DNA of 64,000 bases, from the NCBI GenBank assembly GCA_937998305.1, contig CALLDL010000033.1, positions 6,094 to 70,093 of the forward strand, in the 5' to 3' direction. The notes below the pieces were generated by a model. It worked only from the letters and a program-made list of their open reading frames with translations. It ran no database searches and was not told the origin of the DNA. This DNA comes from an uncultured Desulfobacterales bacterium. Its GTDB lineage: Bacteria > Desulfobacterota > Desulfobacteria > Desulfobacterales > UBA11574. Numbering within the stretch: position 1 is the first letter of the stretch; the number at the start of each line of letters is the position of its first letter. The position numbers were made by a program, and so were the translations under genes. Below are positions 26,940 to 36,517 of the stretch, piece by piece.

Positions 26940-28232
26940 TTAAAACTTTTCCTTTGGCGGATTAAAGTAGCCGTGTTTTACATCCGGAAAAGATTTTTTC
27001 ACCTGCCGGATGACCCGATGCACTCCCACCGGCGTCCCAAGCTCAGCGGCAGCAGACATAAACTTCCAATATCTTAGCGGGTCAAAGTTCAGATTTCGCC
27101 ATTGGATCATATTTATGGGGTACTGATTAATAAAATTTATCAGTGCTTCCACTTCTTCCGGTGTATCTGTAAAACCGGGGCAATTTAGATAATTTATGGA
27201 AACAAATTTTTTCTTATTAAGTGCAATCTCAATACTTTTTATGACATCGACAAGTGTATACCCTGAGGGTCGAAAATAGGCATCATAGCAGTTTGTTCTG
27301 ACACTGTTGAGACTTATTCGAATGCTGTCGAGACCTGCCGCGAACAACTTTTTCAGAATTTTAGGTTTGCTTCCGTTGGTGTTCATGTTGATGGTGCCTT
27401 GCCTGGTTTTGGATCGTATCTCTTTTATGGCGGGTTCGATGACATCGGCGGCCAACAAAGGATCTCCTTCACATCCCTGACCAAAGCTCACAACGCTTTG
27501 CTTAACTCGCTTGATGTGACAAAGTGCGACTTCAGCAATTTCTTTAGAAGATGGTTTAAAATCGATTCTGTCCTGGCTGTGTGGAATTTCACTGTTTTTT
27601 TGAAGCGACAAACAGCCAAGGCAGTGTGCATTACAATTTTTGGATGTCGGAAGCGGCGCCTCGTATCTTCCCAGAAAAAAATTCTTGGCAGCCGGACAGC
27701 CGTATTCCATGGCGCATTTTTCAAGGTGCTTTGCAAGCCGGTTGTCCGGCATTTCTTTTTGAATTTCTCTGATTCCCGCAACGATATTTTCAGCTTTCAT
27801 CAGGCGCAAGTCTTGCCGTCTTTCTCTATCCACACGTATGACGGCGGCTCTAAATTTATCGTTGTGCCATCCTACGGCACCGTATGAAAACAGGGGAAGA
27901 AAGCCGGCATTTTTATTTTCTTTAAAAGCACTTACAAAAGAGACGACATATCCGGGAGAATTAAATGCAGCCACCGGAAAGATCAATTCGCCGGGAGTGT
28001 AAGGATTCTCCGATAGTGATTCTATCCGGTGATTCTTAATGTTATACAGTAAAGGCTTCCTGTCCGGCATCAACATAAGCTCTCCCCCAAAAGGGATTTG
28101 GATGGTGTCATCCGATTTCAAAGGAACCAGAGAAGAACCGGCCATTCCCACAGCCGCATATCCATCAAGATCAAAAATCTCTCCTGCTGTATTGGATACG
28201 ATCGCTGTTACAAATTTTTTTCTCTTTTGCAT
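26940..28232 (-). CDS. radical SAM protein of unknown function
   Basis: CxxxCxxC motif CNAHCLGCLS. Stop lies 3 nt before the prmA start. I prefer the ATG at 28232 (MQKRKKF) over the TTG at 28253. Confidence 0.75.
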   Translation of the reverse strand: MQKRKKFVTAIVSNTAGEIFDLDGYAAVGMAGSSLVPLKSDDTIQIPFGGELMLMPDRKPLLYNIKNHRIESLSENPYTPGELIFPVAAFNSPGYVVSFVSAFKENKNAGFLPLFSYGAVGWHNDKFRAAVIRVDRERRQDLRLMKAENIVAGIREIQKEMPDNRLAKHLEKCAMEYGCPAAKNFFLGRYEAPLPTSKNCNAHCLGCLSLQKNSEIPHSQDRIDFKPSSKEIAEVALCHIKRVKQSVVSFGQGCEGDPLLAADVIEPAIKEIRSKTRQGTINMNTNGSKPKILKKLFAAGLDSIRISLNSVRTNCYDAYFRPSGYTLVDVIKSIEIALNKKKFVSINYLNCPGFTDTPEEVEALINFINQYPINMIQWRNLNFDPLRYWKFMSAAAELGTPVGVHRVIRQVKKSFPDVKHGYFNPPKEKF

Positions 28233-28253
28233 GGACGTGTTGCCTCTTACCAA

Positions 28254-28327
28254 TGTAACATTTGTGCCTTTTTAAAACATTACCACTTCTTTGAAATCGA
28301 TTTGTTTCAAAGGATTAAACTGTTACA
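28254..28327. repeat. 74-bp palindromic element, family D copy 1
   Basis: TGTAACATTTGTGCCTTTTTAAAACATTACCACTTCTTTGAAATCGATTTGTTTCAAAGGATTAAACTGTTACA. Copies are at 48689-48761 and 51569-51836 (the latter interrupted). Confidence 0.7.
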
Positions 28328-28422
28328 TTATCAAATTTGGCTGGTTGTGTACATCCGAACTTAAAATTATATAATATTTGCAAAGGAAAAGAGAGTCGAC
28401 TATTATGAAATTGATACAACCT

Positions 28423-28518
28423 AAACTGAGCGTTTCAAATTTTAAAAGAGGATAAAATATCTTTTATTTTTAATGAATTATTTTGATTTATATTTTTAAA
28501 ATTTGAAACGCTCAATTT
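28423..28518. repeat. 25-bp inverted repeat pair with about 46-bp AT-rich spacer, upstream of yjbQ
   Basis: AAACTGAGCGTTTCAAATTTTAAAA (28423-28447) versus TTTTAAAATTTGAAACGCTCAATTT (28494-28518). 24 of 25 positions are complementary. Confidence 0.7.
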
Positions 28519-28548
28519 AGATGCAAAATAATTTCGGAGGATAAACCC

Positions 28549-28965
28549 ATGAAAACGTATCGAAAAGAATTGTGGTTTGAAGTGCCGACCCGGCGCGCAC
28601 TGATCAATATTACGCCTCAGGTGGATGCCTGTCTCAAGGAGAGCGGCATCAGAGAGGGGCTTGTGCTGGTTAACGCCATGCACATTACGGCCTCTGTATT
28701 CATAAATGACGATGAATCCGGTCTTCATCATGATTACGAAATCTGGCTTGAAAAACTTGCGCCCCACGAACCGGTTTCACAGTACAGACATAATGTGGGA
28801 GAGGACAATGCAGATGCGCATATGAAAAGACAGATCATGGGCCGTGAAGTGGTTGTGGCGATCACAGAAGGGCGACTTGACTTTGGAACTTGGGAGCGAA
28901 TATTTTACGGCGAGTTTGACGGTAGACGACGCAAAAGGGTTCTTGTGAAGATCATCGGAGAATAA
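28549..28965 (+). CDS. yjbQ: YjbQ/UPF0047-family protein (secondary thiamine-phosphate synthase-like)
   Basis: 138 aa. ...INITPQV...[36 protein letters not shown]...[47 protein letters not shown]. Confidence 0.85.
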   Translation: MKTYRKELWFEVPTRRALINITPQVDACLKESGIREGLVLVNAMHITASVFINDDESGLHHDYEIWLEKLAPHEPVSQYRHNVGEDNADAHMKRQIMGREVVVAITEGRLDFGTWERIFYGEFDGRRRKRVLVKIIGE

Positions 28966-29536
28966 CCAGTTTCATAGATTTCGAAAAAGTTATCTCAAGC
29001 TGGCATGGTTTTAAAAATGAGTATGGTTTGACTTCAACTTTATAGAAACTTGAAAACCGGATGGCTCATTAAACAGGGGAGCTTCACCTTTTTTATTTGA
29101 ATTAATCTGATTAGGGGGGAATTTTAGACTTAAATCCCCGAGCAGCAGAGTTGGGGAGACTCCGCGAGCTCGCCTAAAAGGCTCGCTTGCCTCCCCAACA
29201 TCTACCTCTCGGAAAGGTACCAGATATCAAAGTTTATCGGATTGAAGATTTCGTACCAAAATCATGTAAATTTCAGGCTTCAAAAAGTGAACCTTCAAGG
29301 CACACATTATCACACCCAGCTTATATTTTATAAATAGAAACATCTAAAATTGGATTTGACTCATCATAATACAATGAATATTTTTATGTTTTGCATTTCT
29401 TTTTCCACCTGATCTGAAGCACGTTTTTTTGTAAAATTAAACCGGGTCTGACATCTCAATTCGCATTTATCTGATACAATTTACTTCTAAAGCTGAATTT
29501 AATCTCTGTTTTAAAACTTTAAAAGTGGGTGACCCC

Positions 29537-31423
29537 ATGACGAAAGAAGGCTTTAAACGTAAACTATCCGCTATTTTCAGTGCTGATGTCAAAGGGTATA
29601 GCCGTCTGATGGGTGAGGATGATGAGGCGACCGTTCGCACTCTGACCGCCTATCGTGAAGTGATGTCTGTAGTCATCCAAAAGCATCGAGGACGAGTGGT
29701 GGACTCTCCGGGCGATAACATACTGGCTGAGTTTGCCAGTGCAGTGGATGCGGTGCGCAGCGCTGTGGAGATGCAGGAAGAGCTCAAGGTCAGGAATGCT
29801 GAACTACCTGAAGACCGCAAGATGGAGTTTCGCATTGGGATAAACCTTGGAGATGTGATCCATGAAAAAGAGCGAATTTATGGCGACGAGGTCAACGTTG
29901 CTGCCAGGATTGAGGGTTTGGCCGATGCAGGTGGCATCTGCATTTCGAGGAACGCCTATGATCAGGTTAAAAAGAAACTATCTTTAGGTTATGAGTATTT
30001 GGGAGAGCACTCTGTCAAGAATATCGATGAGCCCGTGCGGGTCTATCGAGTCCTGCTTGAGTCAGAAGCGGTTGGTAAAGTGATCAGCGAGAAAAAGGAG
30101 AGGCCGAGACGGTTGCAATGGGCAGCCGTGGCTGCAGTTATTCTGATTCTTGTTGTTGCAGTGGTGGCAATCTGGAATTTTTATTTGAGATCCGCCTTTT
30201 CTCCTGAGAAGGTTGCATCTTTAGAGAAAACGTCTATTCCTTTAACTGAGAAGCCTTCCATTGCAGTGCTGCCATTTAAAAACCTGGGTGGAGATCCAGA
30301 GCAAGAGTATTTCAGCGACGGAATCACCAACGACATTATTACCGACCTCTCAAAATTCCGCGAATTGTTGGTCATCGCCAGCAACACAGTATTTACCTAC
30401 AAGGATAAGTCGGTAAAAATTAAAGACGTAAGTCTGGACCTGGGTGTACGGTATGTATTGGAGGGAAGCGTCCAAAAGACAGGTGGTAAGGTGCGAATCA
30501 ATTCACAGCTTATTGATGCTACAACCGGTCATCATCTTTGGGCTGAACGCTATGACAAAGATTTAAAAGATCTTTTTAAATTACAGAACGAACTCGTCCA
30601 AACAATTGTATCAAAATTAGCCATTCAAATTGGCGAGATTGAACGTGGACGGGTAATGCGAAAGGACACCGACAACCTCCAGGCATATGATTATTTACTA
30701 CGCGGGCGGGAATATTTTTATCGAGGTACACGAGAAGACAATAAAAATGCCCGTTTAATGTTTCAACGAGCCATTGAAATTGATCCCCGTTATTCATCGG
30801 TTTACGCTGCTCTTGCATGGACCCATCTCAATGATTTCTTTTACGGTTGGACCATGTTTCCCAATAAACATCTTCAACGAGCACATGATATAGCAAAAGA
30901 GAGTTTAAACTTGGAAGAATCCAACGCCCTCGCTCACTCCGCACTCGGAGCCATTTATCTTCGCCGGGCGCAATATGACCTTGCTCTAAGCGAATTACAG
31001 CGAGCGATTGAACTTAATCCCAATGATACCCAAAGTCAAACTATGCTCGGTACGGTCATGCTATATTCAGGTCGAAAGGATGAGGCCATTTTTTGGAAAG
31101 AATCCGCTCTTCGCTTAAATCCACATTTTATTTTGGGGCCATACATGACTCTCGGGCAGGCATATTATCTAAATGGGCAATATGAAGATGCAATAACAAT
31201 ACTAAAGAAAGGATTGGCCAAAAAACCGGATTTTGTTGGACACTATATCATGTTGGCTGCAGCATATGCTCAAACCGGCTTTACCGTAGAGGCAAAGCGT
31301 TCGGCAGTCAAGGTACTCCGGTTGGACCCATTCTTTGAACTCAGCTCTTATGGAACGGTATTCCGCAATTCGGAAGATCGAGCCAAAATTGTCGATGGTC
31401 TGCGGAAAGCCGGTCTTAACTGA
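29537..31423 (+). CDS. class III adenylate/guanylate cyclase with TM helix and periplasmic TolB-N-like plus TPR domains
   Basis: Cyclase motifs LSAIFSADVKGYSRLM, GDNILAEFASAVDAVRSAVEMQ and FRIGINLGDV...GDEVNVAARIEGLADAGGICIS. TM helix WAAVAAVILILVVAVVAIW. C-terminal TPR-like repeats. Confidence 0.85.
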   Translation: MTKEGFKRKLSAIFSADVKGYSRLMGEDDEATVRTLTAYREVMSVVIQKHRGRVVDSPGDNILAEFASAVDAVRSAVEMQEELKVRNAELPEDRKMEFRIGINLGDVIHEKERIYGDEVNVAARIEGLADAGGICISRNAYDQVKKKLSLGYEYLGEHSVKNIDEPVRVYRVLLESEAVGKVISEKKERPRRLQWAAVAAVILILVVAVVAIWNFYLRSAFSPEKVASLEKTSIPLTEKPSIAVLPFKNLGGDPEQEYFSDGITNDIITDLSKFRELLVIASNTVFTYKDKSVKIKDVSLDLGVRYVLEGSVQKTGGKVRINSQLIDATTGHHLWAERYDKDLKDLFKLQNELVQTIVSKLAIQIGEIERGRVMRKDTDNLQAYDYLLRGREYFYRGTREDNKNARLMFQRAIEIDPRYSSVYAALAWTHLNDFFYGWTMFPNKHLQRAHDIAKESLNLEESNALAHSALGAIYLRRAQYDLALSELQRAIELNPNDTQSQTMLGTVMLYSGRKDEAIFWKESALRLNPHFILGPYMTLGQAYYLNGQYEDAITILKKGLAKKPDFVGHYIMLAAAYAQTGFTVEAKRSAVKVLRLDPFFELSSYGTVFRNSEDRAKIVDGLRKAGLN

Positions 31424-31475
31424 TACGAGACGATCTTATATAGTTCCAAGGGCGCCCCAAAGTTTTTTACGGCTA

Positions 31476-31967
31476 TCAATTCTCTTCGTTAAGCTTCACC
31501 CAGTTTTCGTCTGCCTTCTTTATAAATTCGTCGCCTTTTTCAGCAAATTTGTCTCTACCGTCCATGTTCCAGTTTAGATACAGTTTTCCATCGATAATTT
31601 TAAAAGCCTCAGGATCTACACCAGCAACCTGACCGGTTGCCGCTAAGCTCCCCGCTCAGTATCCCCCATATTTCGGGGCATAGCGGTCAGGATCAGCGAT
31701 AAAAAGATCCCGATTTTCAGCACTGGCAAAATACCACTTGGCATCATTCCAATTGTAAGAGAACTTGCCTCTGCCTTTCACTGCACGTCCTTCTTTAAAA
31801 TACGCAACGGTGTCGTATCCTTTAATCGCAACGCCAAGTATGTTGGTATTAATCTTCTTTTTTAAGGGTTTAGCATTCACCCACGCTGGTAGAGCTCCTG
31901 CCAGAACGACGGCCAACAAAAAGCCCAGAGTAACTTTTGAAACTTTATTTGAGCTTATATTTATCAT
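31476..31967 (-). CDS. periplasmic YHS-type domain selenoprotein (in-frame UGA = Sec at 31656-31658)
   Basis: The track ORF stops at ...YAPKYGGY. Read-through gives U-AGSLAATGQVAGVDPEAFKIIDGKLYLNWNMDGRDKFAEKGDEFIKKADENWVKLNEEN and ends at TGA 31476-31478. Cys-containing family members read GGYC at this point. A hairpin follows the UGA. Confidence 0.8.
31622..31642 (-). promoter_or_regulatory. SECIS-like hairpin downstream of UGA
   Basis: RNA CGGCAACC-GGUCA-GGUUGCUG: an 8-bp stem with a GGUC-containing apical loop, starting 14 nt after the UGA. Confidence 0.65.
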
Positions 31968-32586
31968 TCCAGAGCCTCCTTAAAATTAACATTGACGATA
32001 ACGTCAAGTGCTATAATTATGTAAATTTAGAATGAGAGAGGTAGATCATTATATTTCTTAAGATACGACAATGTGGTATGCGTGTCAAGGCGGGTATTTG
32101 ATTCCTGCAAAATAGAAACACATCGGAAAATAGTAAAGATCAGTGTGAACACATTTATTTGAAAGGTCTTTCTGTTCATTTGTTTTCAGATTTTAAGAAA
32201 ACTTTAAAGGGGTGATATAATACAGATACCTTATTTTAATGAAAACCTGGTCATTTCCTCAACACTATATATTGTATAATGTTGTTCCGATTCAAACCGA
32301 TTTTAATTTCACGATGCCTTGCCTTTATTAGTTCTCCGTTTAATTCAGTCAGAATGATAATCTGATCTCTTCTTCACCCCGATAAATATTCAGGTAGTCA
32401 TCTAAAAGATGAAAATATCATCCACCTCAAAACCCTTTGATATGTCTGACATATGGAAGCGTAAATCCAAGGTGCTCATGTTGAAAATATGGTCTCACAG
32501 ATCGTTTGAATTTATTCAGTTTTGATGATAGGTAAGAGTATCAATAAGATCTTACGATAAATGAAAAATATTGGAGGTTATATCAA

Positions 32587-33168
32587 ATGGATAAGATCAA
32601 CCTGGGATCAACTATACCCGCGTACCCCATGCCTGTTTCCCTTGTGGGAACCCATGTGAACGGCAAGCCGAACTTTTTGGCCGTTGCCTGGTTTACAATG
32701 GCCAGCTATAAACCACCACGGATTTCCATTGCCCTTGGGAAAGGCCATTACAGCAATCCTGGAATTAAAGAGAATAAAACCTTCAGCGTTTGCCTGCCTT
32801 CGGAAGATATGGTGGAGGTGACCGATTATTGCGGAATTGTATCGGGTAAAAAAACCGATAAATCGGAAATCTTTGATCTTTTCTATGGAGAGCTGAAAAC
32901 AGCCCCAATGATCAAAGACTGTCCTTTAAACATGGAATGTAATCTGGTGGAAATCGTGGAAGGCGGTTTAAATGAGATCTTTATAGGCGAAATAGTGGGA
33001 ACCTACACAGAAGAGAAATTTTTGACTGATGGTAAAATGGATTTTAAAAAAATGAAACCCCTGATACTCTCACAACCGGACACCTCCTATTGGAGCCTTG
33101 GTGAGCCGGTGGCAAGGGCATGGAGCATCGGTAAAAGATACAAAGCCAAACGCAAACAACACCGTTAG
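32587..33168 (+). CDS. flavin reductase-like (FMN-binding split-barrel) protein
   Basis: 193 aa. PMPVSLVGTHVNGKPNFLAVAWFTMASYKPPRISIAL... is typical of flavin reductase-domain proteins. Confidence 0.7.
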   Translation: MDKINLGSTIPAYPMPVSLVGTHVNGKPNFLAVAWFTMASYKPPRISIALGKGHYSNPGIKENKTFSVCLPSEDMVEVTDYCGIVSGKKTDKSEIFDLFYGELKTAPMIKDCPLNMECNLVEIVEGGLNEIFIGEIVGTYTEEKFLTDGKMDFKKMKPLILSQPDTSYWSLGEPVARAWSIGKRYKAKRKQHR

Positions 33169-33379
33169 CATGAAGAAAGGAAACCCTCGAATGAATTCAT
33201 AGGGTGGGGCGCCCCTAAGCTTCTAAAGTTCATGAATATAAAAAAAATCACCACGGAATTTGATCGTTCCAGATATCTCTCCAACCCCCTTACCCCGTAA
33301 ACAACCGGGATTTGAGACAAGGGGAAAAAAGCCTATAGTTCTCCCCCGGGTGGCGGGATCTAAGATGGGCCAAGATTCT

Positions 33380-35269
33380 TTACTCTAAAAACCCTTCTTT
33401 AATTGTGATTTCACTTCTGCTTTTGATTTGCGCCAGCAGTGCATCAAAAATGCTGGACTTTTTCTGCTCCAGCAGTCTATTCTTTATGTCGCCTTTTTCT
33501 TCGTTAAAATTTTCAGTCGATATTTTTCTATCTTTGAATTGAATAACATAATACCCTTTTGAACCCTTTAGAACGTTTTCCGGCAGTTGTTTTTTGTCTG
33601 TCAGCTGAAAGGCAACTTCAGCAATATCACGTTCAAAACCAATTTCAGGGATTGAACCATTACGTTTGAAAAAGCCGGTGGTTTTCGGCGTCAGATTAAA
33701 ATTTTTGCTTTCAGTATGCATGGTTTTGCCGCTTTTTAATGCAGCTAACAATGTTTCTGAATCCGCTTTTGCTTTTTCGTCCTGTTTTTCTTTAATTAAC
33801 TCAAGTTTCACCTTTTCCTTGACCTTGTCAAATGCGGGTATCTCGGGTTGAATTTTATCAACTTGCTGAAGAATATAATATCCATTATTTAATTCCTGGA
33901 CATTACTGATCTCCATGTCTGTAAGATTGAAAGCAACCGATGCAAATTTTGAGGGATTGTTTATCCCTTTAATTGGGCCTTTGCTTGAAAAGAAATCTGT
34001 GGTTAGAATTTTCATGTTTCTTTCTTTTGCCGCGTTTATTAGGTCCTCTCCTTCGAACGCATCGTCAGAAACCGTCTCTGCTTCATCATAGGCGAGGCTT
34101 TTGGCCATATCGTCGGTGAGTTTTTCCCGTATGTTCTTTTTGGCATCATCAAAAGAAGTGATAGATGCTTCATTTACTTTTTCCACCTTTATAAGATGCC
34201 ATCCGAATTGGGTGCGAACCGGTTCGCTGATTTCTCCGGCTTTCAATGAAAAGGCCATATCTGCAAAGGGTTTTACCATGGCATCCTTTTTGAATTTGCC
34301 CAGATACCCTCCCTTGTTTCGGGTTGGCCCTTCTGAATACTGTTTGGCCAATTTAGCAAAATCTTTGCCTTCTTTGGCCAATTTCAAAATGTCAAGGGCC
34401 CTATCTTTTGTCTTTTTAACTGTCTCCGGATCGGCATCCCGATTAACTTTTAGCAGAATATGTCTGGCTTCAACCGTTTTCGGTATTTTGAACGTTTCTA
34501 TATTTTCATCATAATACTCACGAACCTCTTCATCGGACAATGCTACTTTGGATCGAAACGCATCCGGATTAAAGTCCAGATAACGAACTTTTACCATGGC
34601 GTCTGTTTTATATTTCTCTTTATGGTTTTCAAAAAAAGTTTTTATTTCTTCATCAGAAGGATGGAGATCTTTATAACGGTTGGGGTCGAAAAATACGAAA
34701 TCAATATTGACCGAAGCATTGACCCAATTGTACCATTCTAAAACTTCCTGGTCTGAAATTTTGGCACTGCTCGTAATGAGCGTTCTGAGTTTATCAATCA
34801 ACATCGCGTTTGTCTGGGCTGCTTCAAATGCCTCAGGGGTCATTCTCAGACGATCCAGAACATTTGTATAAAGGCGACTGTCAAACATTCCGGCTCTCTG
34901 GAAAGCTGTAATATTTGAAATTGCGTTGGCAAGCTCTTTTTCGGAGACTCGAAATTTAAGCCTTTTGGACTCCTGAACCAAAAGTTTATTGTCAATCAGC
35001 TGGTTTAAAGCCTGTCGTTTCACCTGAAGCTGTTTGAGCATATCCTCATCGAGGTTGTTCCCGAATCTTCTGCGGAGTTGTTCAATAAGATTATTGTAAG
35101 TTTCTCTGTATTCATCCAGTGTAATTTGATCACCATTAACAAGTGCAACCCTGCCGCCTCTCTGTGACCGGAAGCTTCCAACACCCCAGAAAACAAATAC
35201 AATAACAATGGCGCCCAAAAGGATCTTGATCAGCCAACTCCCAGCCTGTTTTCTCATTAACCTGAGCAT
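33380..35269 (-). CDS. ppiD: periplasmic chaperone / peptidyl-prolyl isomerase PpiD
   Basis: 629 aa. N-terminus MLRLMRKQAGSWLIKILLGAIVIVFVFWG (membrane anchor). SurA-N-like region. Parvulin motif ARHILLKV...FGWHLIKV. Confidence 0.85.
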   Translation of the reverse strand: MLRLMRKQAGSWLIKILLGAIVIVFVFWGVGSFRSQRGGRVALVNGDQITLDEYRETYNNLIEQLRRRFGNNLDEDMLKQLQVKRQALNQLIDNKLLVQESKRLKFRVSEKELANAISNITAFQRAGMFDSRLYTNVLDRLRMTPEAFEAAQTNAMLIDKLRTLITSSAKISDQEVLEWYNWVNASVNIDFVFFDPNRYKDLHPSDEEIKTFFENHKEKYKTDAMVKVRYLDFNPDAFRSKVALSDEEVREYYDENIETFKIPKTVEARHILLKVNRDADPETVKKTKDRALDILKLAKEGKDFAKLAKQYSEGPTRNKGGYLGKFKKDAMVKPFADMAFSLKAGEISEPVRTQFGWHLIKVEKVNEASITSFDDAKKNIREKLTDDMAKSLAYDEAETVSDDAFEGEDLINAAKERNMKILTTDFFSSKGPIKGINNPSKFASVAFNLTDMEISNVQELNNGYYILQQVDKIQPEIPAFDKVKEKVKLELIKEKQDEKAKADSETLLAALKSGKTMHTESKNFNLTPKTTGFFKRNGSIPEIGFERDIAEVAFQLTDKKQLPENVLKGSKGYYVIQFKDRKISTENFNEEKGDIKNRLLEQKKSSIFDALLAQIKSRSEITIKEGFLE

Positions 35270-35435
35270 ATAATTCCTTTCTATCGAGATAACAAAATCG
35301 ACCTATTCCGAATGTTTCATGAAAATTTTCGAGAGATCTTTTTATTATTGATGAAAACAGTTTGTTATTTACAATTTTGGTTCTTGTTATAAGATGACAA
35401 TTTGCCCGAAGATTTTCTTGTTCAATTTCTCAAAA

Positions 35436-35525
35436 ATTTTCACCCTGCGGGCGTGTGCGAGACGCTCATTAGCCGCGTTATAAAGGGCATGCAAATGAAC
35501 GCCTCGCACACGTGAAATATCCGGG
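35436..35525. repeat. long-hairpin repeat, family E copy 2
   Basis: ATTTTCACCCTGCGGGCGTGTGCGAGACGC...AAATGAACGCCTCGCACACGTGAAATATCCGGG. CGTGTGCGAG and CTCGCACACG are complementary. Confidence 0.6.
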
Positions 35526-35774
35526 CTAGACAATGACCGATAGCGGTTTTGCCTGCCGGTCGATCTTGGTACCAACAGACTCGGAACAAACCGCACACAG
35601 ATATTCATACTTGTCTCCTTCTGGGAGAACGATCAAAAGACGTTTGCGGACTGGAACGGGACGTTTGCACCTCGGGCAGTACAGCTCTGTGGCATCAAAT
35701 TCCTTGAACATTCCATTACCTTTGGTCTTTGGAGTATATGCACCCAGTGGTCCTGTAAGGTTTTTCGGATTCAT
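35526..35774 (-). CDS. small zinc-ribbon-like protein, function unknown
   Basis: 82 aa with paired Cys motifs CPRC...CAVC. No overlap with other calls. Lies upstream of ppiD on the same strand. Confidence 0.5.
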   Translation of the reverse strand: MNPKNLTGPLGAYTPKTKGNGMFKEFDATELYCPRCKRPVPVRKRLLIVLPEGDKYEYLCAVCSESVGTKIDRQAKPLSVIV

Positions 35775-36063
35775 TGTCTTACCTTATCAAAAATATTTAA
35801 CAATAATACAGTTATTAAAGAAATTATTTTGGGTTCAATATGTTAGAACTCAAGTTTCGTACCCCAATATGGTAAAGAAGCCTTTGAAGCAGCCGGCCGA
35901 AAGAAATTTTTTAATATGAAATATTTCTCCGGCCCTCTGAACCATACTGGCGTTGCTGGGAATTAAGGGTGCGAAATTGAGTTCTAATTTATAAGCTACA
36001 GATAATATTTATTATGTATATTTTTGTCAATACTTTCACGCCACAATTTATCCGAAATATTTA

Positions 36064-36093
36064 TTGACATCCTTACCGCCTTTTGTTTAATTT
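36064..36093 (+). promoter_or_regulatory. candidate sigma70-type promoter for tRNA-Ala
   Basis: TTGACA (36064-36069), then a 17-18-nt spacer, then TTAATT/TAATTT. About 12 nt upstream of the tRNA 5' end. The -10 match is weak. Confidence 0.4.
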
Positions 36094-36105
36094 AAATGCA
36101 CATTT

Positions 36106-36181
36106 GGGGCTGTAGCTCAGCTGGGAGAGCGCATGACTGGCAGTCATGAGGTCGACGGTTCGATCCCGTTCAGCTCCACCA
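36106..36181 (+). tRNA. tRNA-Ala (anticodon GGC), CCA encoded
   Basis: GGGGCTGTAGCTCAGCTGGGAGAGCGCATGACTGGCAGTCATGAGGTCGACGGTTCGATCCCGTTCAGCTCCACCA. Cloverleaf folds. G3:U70 Ala identity pair present. Anticodon loop CTGGCAG. Confidence 0.95.
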
Positions 36182-36190
36182 AGGATTATA

Positions 36191-36221
36191 AAGGGTTAGC
36201 CAATTCGGTTAACCCTTTTTT
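36191..36221 (+). terminator. rho-independent terminator after tRNA-Ala
   Basis: AAGGGTTAGCC-aattc-GGTTAACCCTT (11-bp stem) followed by TTTT. Confidence 0.7.
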
Positions 36222-36517
36222 AGTTGAATTATCATGACTGGGTGCAGGGGGGTGCAAGTGGGTGCAGTTTTAGAGTCTAATTGATCGACTTCCGATTTTT
36301 TATGATTCATAGCTGAATATGTGTCAATGAAAGATTCAGCATATAACTTGAAGGAAGGTATTGATTTGGCTTTCTTTTCCTCAAAGCCAAACTCACCGAG
36401 CTGCAGCTTTGCCCGGATTGTACTTGCTACGGCCTCGGCTGATTTCCTGTCACCCTCTTTTCGGGACGTCCGTTTCCCGTTATGGGATATGAACACCCAC
36501 CAGGGATTTCCCCTGCC
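36209..36517 (-). pseudogene. tyrosine recombinase (phage-type integrase) N-terminal remnant
   Basis: ...GRGNPWWVFISHNGKRTSRKEGDRKSAEAVASTIRAKLQLGEFGF... resembles integrase N-terminal (arm-binding/SAM-like) regions. An upstream in-frame TAG sits at 36518-36520. There is no catalytic domain. It lies directly adjacent to the tRNA. Confidence 0.65.

Noticed and set aside
35387-35608. 73-aa minus-strand ORF spanning the family E hairpin
   Set aside because: It overlaps the better-supported zinc-ribbon ORF region and the repeat. It is Arg/Ser-rich and low-complexity, and no RBS is present.
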